A stretch of 60,887 nt of DNA. It comes from Candidatus Limnocylindrales bacterium. Lineage in GTDB: Bacteria; Chloroflexota; Limnocylindria; QHBO01. How positions within the stretch are numbered: position 1 is the first letter of the stretch; each line of letters starts with the position of its first letter. Below the pieces are notes generated by a model, which searched no databases, was not told where the DNA came from, and saw only the letters and a program-made list of their open reading frames with translations. The stretch is taken from assembly GCA_035540715.1 (NCBI GenBank), contig DATLGA010000095.1, positions 1 through 60,887 on the forward strand, in the 5' to 3' direction. Positions 54,567 to 60,887 of the stretch are shown here, in pieces. Both the position numbers and the translations under genes were made by a program.

Positions 54567-56648
54567 ATGACGACGACGAAGGAGAGCCTGCGCCGGGCGG
54601 TCGGTACCATCCTGGATCGGCCCGAGCCCGGGCCGGAGGCCGTCGGCACGCGTCGCAGCGTCGTCATCGAGCGGATCGAGCCGGAGCTCGACGGCGGGCG
54701 CTACCCGGTCAAGCGCGTCGTCGGTGACCAGCTCTTCGTGACGGCCGACATCTTCGCGGACGGTCACGATCTGCTCGACGCCGCGCTGCTGCTGCGCGCC
54801 GACGACGAGGAGAACTGGCACGAGGCGCCGATGCGGCCGGTCGACAACGACCGCTGGTCCGGCCACCTTGCTCTGACTCGAAACCGATGGCATCGCTACG
54901 CCGTCGAGGCGTGGCGCGACGTCTTCGGATCGTGGCGAGACGGCATCCGCAAGAAGCTCGACGCCGGCGTGCCCGTGCCGAACGAGATCGCCGAGGGCCG
55001 CCTGCTCCTCGAGGCGGCCGCGCTCCGCGCCGAACGCTCCGGCGCCGGCGACGACCTCGATCTCATTCGCGCCGCGCTGGCGAACCTCGGGCGTGCCCGA
55101 TCCGAGGCGACACGCGCGGCGACGATGCTCGGCGACGACCTTCTCGCGGCCATGCGCCGGCATCCCGACCGCTCGTTCGCCACGCGGTCGCACGAGCTGC
55201 GGCTGGTTGTCGACCGCGAGCGGGCGCGATTCGCGGCCTGGTACGAGCTCTTCCCCCGCTCCCAGGCTCGCGATCCGGCCAGGCCGGTGCCCACGACCTT
55301 CCGCGAGGCGGAGTGGCGCCTGCCCGACATCGCGGCGATGGGCTTCGACGTCGTGTACGTGCCGCCGATCCATCCGATCGGGCGGACGAACCGCAAGGGA
55401 CGCAACAACACGCTCGATGCGGCGGCCGACGACGTCGGGTCGCCGTACGCCATCGGCTCGGCCGAGGGCGGCCACGACGCCGTGGCACCGGAGCTCGGGG
55501 GCCTCGAGCAATTCCTCCACTTCCGGGAGCAGGTCGAGGCCAACGGCATGGAGCTCGCGATGGACATCGCCATCCAGGCGTCTCCCGACCACCCATCGGT
55601 GAAGGAGCACCCGGAGTGGTTCCGCCACCTGCCGGACGGAACGATCAAATACGCCGAGAACCCGCCGAAGAAGTACCAGGACATCTACCCGGTCTTCTTC
55701 GAGGGTGACGACCACGGCGCCCGTGAGGAGCTGTGGCGCGAGTGGAAGCGGATCTTCACCGTCTGGATCGATCGCGGCGTGAAGATCTTCCGGGTCGACA
55801 ACCCGCACACGAAGCCGATCCCGTTCTGGGCGTGGCTCATTCCCGAGATCCAGCGCGAGCACCCCGACGTGATCTTCCTGTCCGAGGCGTTCACGAAGCC
55901 GAAGATGATGCGCCAGCTGGCGAAGATCGGCTTCACCCAGAGCTATACGTACTTCACCTGGCGCGAGACGGCCGCGGAGCTGCGCGAGTACTTCACCGAG
56001 CTGACCCAGTCGGAGATGCGCGAGTACTTTCGCGGGAACCTGTTCACGAATACGCCGGACATCAACCCGCACCACCTCGATCACGGCCGGCCGGCGTTCG
56101 TCGTCCGCTCGGTCCTCGCCGCGACGCTGTCGAGCTCGTACGGGATCTATTCGGGCTGGGAGCTGTGCGAGGCGGCCAGGCTGGGCGAGCGCGAGGAGTA
56201 CCTCGACAGCGAGAAGTATGAGATCCGGGCGCGCGACTGGGACGCGCCGGGCAACATCAAGCTGCTGATCGGCGAGCTGAATCGGCTGCGGCACCAGCGG
56301 CCTGCGCTGAAGCGCTACGACAACCTGCGCTTCGAGAACGTCACGGGGCAGCGGACGCTCTTCTACCGCAAGGCCCTGCCGGTCGGCAAGACGGACCCGC
56401 TCACGGGACACCCGCATCACTGGCGCGACCCGGTGTACGTCGCGGTGAACACCGACCCGACCACCGCCGAGCATGCGATCCTGCATCCCGATCTCCCGGC
56501 GGTGGGCGTGGGATGGACGGAGCCGTATCGGCTCACCGACCTCCTCACCGGCCGGACGTCCCGCGAGGTGGGGGCCGACCTGCACCTGTTCCTGGACCCG
56601 GCGGGGGAGCCGTTCCGCATCTTCACGATCTCGGCGCTCGACCGCTGA
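54567..56648 (+). CDS. glgE: alpha-1,4-glucan:maltose-1-phosphate maltosyltransferase
   Basis: 693 aa. ..[21 protein letters not shown]...V.ADIF.DGHD.. N-domain and GH13_3 catalytic blocks ..[14 protein letters not shown]......P.VIFL.EAFT.P. Confidence 0.9.
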   Translation: MTTTKESLRRAVGTILDRPEPGPEAVGTRRSVVIERIEPELDGGRYPVKRVVGDQLFVTADIFADGHDLLDAALLLRADDEENWHEAPMRPVDNDRWSGHLALTRNRWHRYAVEAWRDVFGSWRDGIRKKLDAGVPVPNEIAEGRLLLEAAALRAERSGAGDDLDLIRAALANLGRARSEATRAATMLGDDLLAAMRRHPDRSFATRSHELRLVVDRERARFAAWYELFPRSQARDPARPVPTTFREAEWRLPDIAAMGFDVVYVPPIHPIGRTNRKGRNNTLDAAADDVGSPYAIGSAEGGHDAVAPELGGLEQFLHFREQVEANGMELAMDIAIQASPDHPSVKEHPEWFRHLPDGTIKYAENPPKKYQDIYPVFFEGDDHGAREELWREWKRIFTVWIDRGVKIFRVDNPHTKPIPFWAWLIPEIQREHPDVIFLSEAFTKPKMMRQLAKIGFTQSYTYFTWRETAAELREYFTELTQSEMREYFRGNLFTNTPDINPHHLDHGRPAFVVRSVLAATLSSSYGIYSGWELCEAARLGEREEYLDSEKYEIRARDWDAPGNIKLLIGELNRLRHQRPALKRYDNLRFENVTGQRTLFYRKALPVGKTDPLTGHPHHWRDPVYVAVNTDPTTAEHAILHPDLPAVGVGWTEPYRLTDLLTGRTSREVGADLHLFLDPAGEPFRIFTISALDR

Positions 56649-56679
56649 CGCCACGAGCTCCACGGAGGTTGACAGTCCG

Positions 56680-58395
<1,716 letters not shown>

Positions 58396-58450
58396 CGGTC
58401 GTCACGAGTCGGTCGATCACGCGCCGCACGGATGGACTGACGATCCGGCG

Positions 58451-59740
58451 ATGACGGAAGCCCTTTCAGCCGGCTGGATCGCCGCCCAGCGTTGGTTTCG
58501 GGCCAAGCAGCGGCCGATCGCCACGGTCGCCGAAGCGGATCGGGCTCCGCTGGCGGCGGGGGTCGACCTCCGCGTCGTCGAGGTCGCCTATGCCGATGGC
58601 GGCGGCCCGGACCACTACCTGCTGCTGCTGGTCGACGGCCGCGAGCCGGCCGACGGCGACGGCGCCTGGCGACGCCTCCTTGGGGCGATCGCCGATGACG
58701 CCGTGCTCCGCGGCTCGGCCGGTCGGTTCGTGGCGAGGCGCACCGACGCGCTCGCCGACCTCGTGCCCTCGGCGCACGAGGCGTCGGCCGTGCTCAGCGA
58801 GCGGCGCCTGCGCGTCGAGCAGTCGAACACGTCGGTCGTGCTGGGCGATCGGCTCATCCTCAAGCTGTTCCGCCTCCTCGAGCCGGGGCTCAACCCGGAT
58901 CTCGAGATCGGCGCGTTCCTCACCGAGACCGGCTTCGCGGACACGCCGCCCACGGCCGGCGGCATCACCTGGCACCCCGACGGCGGCGAGCCGGCCGCGG
59001 CGGCGATGCTCCAGGCGCTCGTGCCGGCGCGGGGCGATGCCTGGGCCGCGATGCTCGAGCATCTCGCGACCGATCCCGAGCGCGCCACGCGGGCGGCGGC
59101 CGACATCGGCCGGGTGACGGCCGCCATGCACGACGCGCTCGCCTCGCGTCCCGACCATCCGGACTTCCCGGCGCGTCCGGCGACCGTTGACGAGACGGCC
59201 CGCTGGCGGGCATCGGCCGAGCATCAGCTGGCCCAGGCCGTCACGGCGGTCGCCGGGCGCGAGCACGATCGGCTCGTGGCCCTCGCACCGGCGGCGACGG
59301 CTCGTTTCGCGGATTCGTTCGGCCGGGCCACCGGGGAGGCGACCGTCTCACGGGTGCACGGCGACTATCACCTCGGGCAGATTCTGGCCCGCGCCGACGG
59401 CGGGTACAGCGTGATCGATTTCGAGGGCGAGCCGGCGCGACCGCTCGCCGAGCGGCGTTTGCCAGGGTCCCCGCTGCGGGACGTTGCCGGGCTGGTTCGA
59501 AGCCTCGACTACGCCGCACGCACCGCGCAGCGGGACGCCGGGCTCGACGCCGATGGGTGGCTGAACGAGGCGCGCGCCGCCTTCGTCGACGGCTACGGCG
59601 GCATCGCTCCGGAGGAGCGTGGGCTGCTCGAAGCCTTCGAGCTGGAGAAGGCGTGCTACGAGGTTCGCTACGAGGCGAACAACCGGCCGGACTGGCTGTG
59701 GCTGCCCATGGCCGCGGTCGAGCGGCTCGTGGCCGCCTGA
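58451..59740 (+). CDS. pep2: maltokinase (Pep2/Mak)
   Basis: ..[11 protein letters not shown].. N-terminus and kinase motif ..[12 protein letters not shown]....G...IDFEGEP... ATG 58385, overlapping the treS 3' end, is an alternative start. Confidence 0.8.
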   Translation: MTEALSAGWIAAQRWFRAKQRPIATVAEADRAPLAAGVDLRVVEVAYADGGGPDHYLLLLVDGREPADGDGAWRRLLGAIADDAVLRGSAGRFVARRTDALADLVPSAHEASAVLSERRLRVEQSNTSVVLGDRLILKLFRLLEPGLNPDLEIGAFLTETGFADTPPTAGGITWHPDGGEPAAAAMLQALVPARGDAWAAMLEHLATDPERATRAAADIGRVTAAMHDALASRPDHPDFPARPATVDETARWRASAEHQLAQAVTAVAGREHDRLVALAPAATARFADSFGRATGEATVSRVHGDYHLGQILARADGGYSVIDFEGEPARPLAERRLPGSPLRDVAGLVRSLDYAARTAQRDAGLDADGWLNEARAAFVDGYGGIAPEERGLLEAFELEKACYEVRYEANNRPDWLWLPMAAVERLVAA

Positions 59741-59777
59741 TCCACCGTATGCTGCATCCTCCACCCACGAGGAACGC

Positions 59778-60887
59778 ATGGCGCTGAGAGTTTGGCGCGG
59801 CAATCCCTATCCCCTCGGCGCGACCTGGGACGGCTCCGGCGTCAACTTCGCGATCTTCAGCGAGAACGCGGAGTCGGTCGAGCTGTGCCTGTTCGACGCG
59901 GGCGGCGACGAGCAGCGGGTTCCACTGACGGAGCAGACCGATCTGGTCTGGCATTGCTACCTGCCCGACGTGCGGCCGGGTCAGCGATACGGCTATCGGG
60001 TCCACGGGCCATACGAGCCGCGCGCCGGCCATCGGTTCAACGCGAACAAGCTGCTGATCGACCCGTACGCCAAGCGCGTCGACGGGGCGATCGACTGGGA
60101 CGACTCGCTCTTCGGCTACCGCATCGGCGCGAAGGGCGAGGATCTCGAGCCGGACCAGCGCGACAGCGCTCCCTTCGTGCCGAAGAGCGTCGTCGTGAAC
60201 CACGCGTTCGTGTGGGGCGGTGACGAGCCTCCACGCACGCCGCTGGATCGAACGCTGATCTACGAAGTCCACGTCAAGGGCTTCACGCAGCTCCACCCGG
60301 ACGTGCCGGAGGACCTGCGCGGCACCTACGCCGGGATGGGCTCGGGGCCGGCTTTGGACTATCTGACCAACCTCGGCATCACGGCCGTGGAGCTGCTGCC
60401 GGTCCACCAACACGTCAACGACCGTCACCTGGTCGAGCGAGGCCTGAGCAACTACTGGGGCTACAACACCGTCGGGTTCTTCGCGCCCGACGTCCGCTAC
60501 TCGGCGACCGGCGAGCCGGTGAGCGAGTTCAAGACGATGGTGAAGCGGCTCCACGACGCGGGCATCGAGGTCATCCTCGACGTCGTGTACAACCACACTG
60601 GCGAGGGAAACCACCTCGGCCCGACGGTGAGCTTCCGGGGCGTCGACAATGCCGCGTACTACCGCCTCAGCCCGGAGGATCCGCGCTACTACGTCGACTA
60701 CACCGGCACGGGCAACACGCTCAACGCCATGAGCCCGCGGGTCCTCCAGCTGATCATGGACTCGCTGCGCTACTGGGTCACCGAGATGCACGTCGACGGC
60801 TTCCGGTTCGACCTCGCGTCGACCCTGGCGCGGGAGCTGCACGACGTCGACCGGCTGTCGGCGTTCTTCGACCTTGTCCAGCAGGAC
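59778..60887 (+). CDS. glgX: glycogen debranching enzyme, N-terminal ~370 codons (runs off the right edge)
   Basis: Frame is open to the window end, so it is not in the track. GAGGA lies 5 nt before the [42 protein letters not shown].....[24 protein letters not shown].....YE.HVKGFT....GI..GY.G......YL..LG.TAVEL.PV.....YWGYN...FFAP...Y. Confidence 0.9.
   Translation, partial: MALRVWRGNPYPLGATWDGSGVNFAIFSENAESVELCLFDAGGDEQRVPLTEQTDLVWHCYLPDVRPGQRYGYRVHGPYEPRAGHRFNANKLLIDPYAKRVDGAIDWDDSLFGYRIGAKGEDLEPDQRDSAPFVPKSVVVNHAFVWGGDEPPRTPLDRTLIYEVHVKGFTQLHPDVPEDLRGTYAGMGSGPALDYLTNLGITAVELLPVHQHVNDRHLVERGLSNYWGYNTVGFFAPDVRYSATGEPVSEFKTMVKRLHDAGIEVILDVVYNHTGEGNHLGPTVSFRGVDNAAYYRLSPEDPRYYVDYTGTGNTLNAMSPRVLQLIMDSLRYWVTEMHVDGFRFDLASTLARELHDVDRLSAFFDLVQQD

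Overview
This is a very GC-rich (roughly 70%), densely coding chromosomal segment. Its features look actinobacterial or Chloroflexi-like: TCGAAC-N4-GTTCGA LexA boxes, guaB3, an F420-type LLM oxidoreductase, UPF0182, the GlgE pathway and rplI-dnaB linkage. I support about 57 protein genes, one FMN riboswitch, three LexA (SOS) operators, a few promoters and four GC-rich hairpin terminators. I found no rRNA, tRNA, CRISPR array, transposase or integrase. In order, the window contains: histidine utilisation genes (hutU, a GNAT-like gene, hutH); an FMN-riboswitch-controlled ABC importer; folate C1 genes (folD plus an FTCD-type cyclodeaminase); an SOS module (lexA, an AlkZ/YcaQ-like glycosylase, dinB and a small ORF behind two LexA boxes); rplI-dnaB; purA; a CarH/LitR-like B12 photoreceptor regulator divergent from a DUF4397 surface protein; guaB3; an AAA/PD-(D/E)xK ATPase; guaA; UPF0182; an S8 protease; a large purine cluster (purD-E-B ... 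C-S-Q ... L, then purF-M-N) interrupted by membrane and zinc-ribbon proteins and by a GGDEF/HD-GYP gene; radC; and a GlgE-pathway cluster (glgE-treS-pep2-glgX). Most long antisense ORFs in the supplied track are Arg/Ala/Pro-rich artefacts of the high GC content. The best novelty candidates are the doubly LexA-boxed 87-aa ORF next to dinB, the zinc-ribbon/disordered/transmembrane proteins translationally coupled inside the pur operon, the CarH-like regulator with phased TnnACA repeats over a divergent promoter, and the AAA-nuclease gene preceded by three 8-bp repeats at exact 22-bp phase. All functional calls come from motif recognition by eye, with no database search. Several start codons were moved from the track on the basis of RBS or stop-start overlaps and may be off by a few codons.
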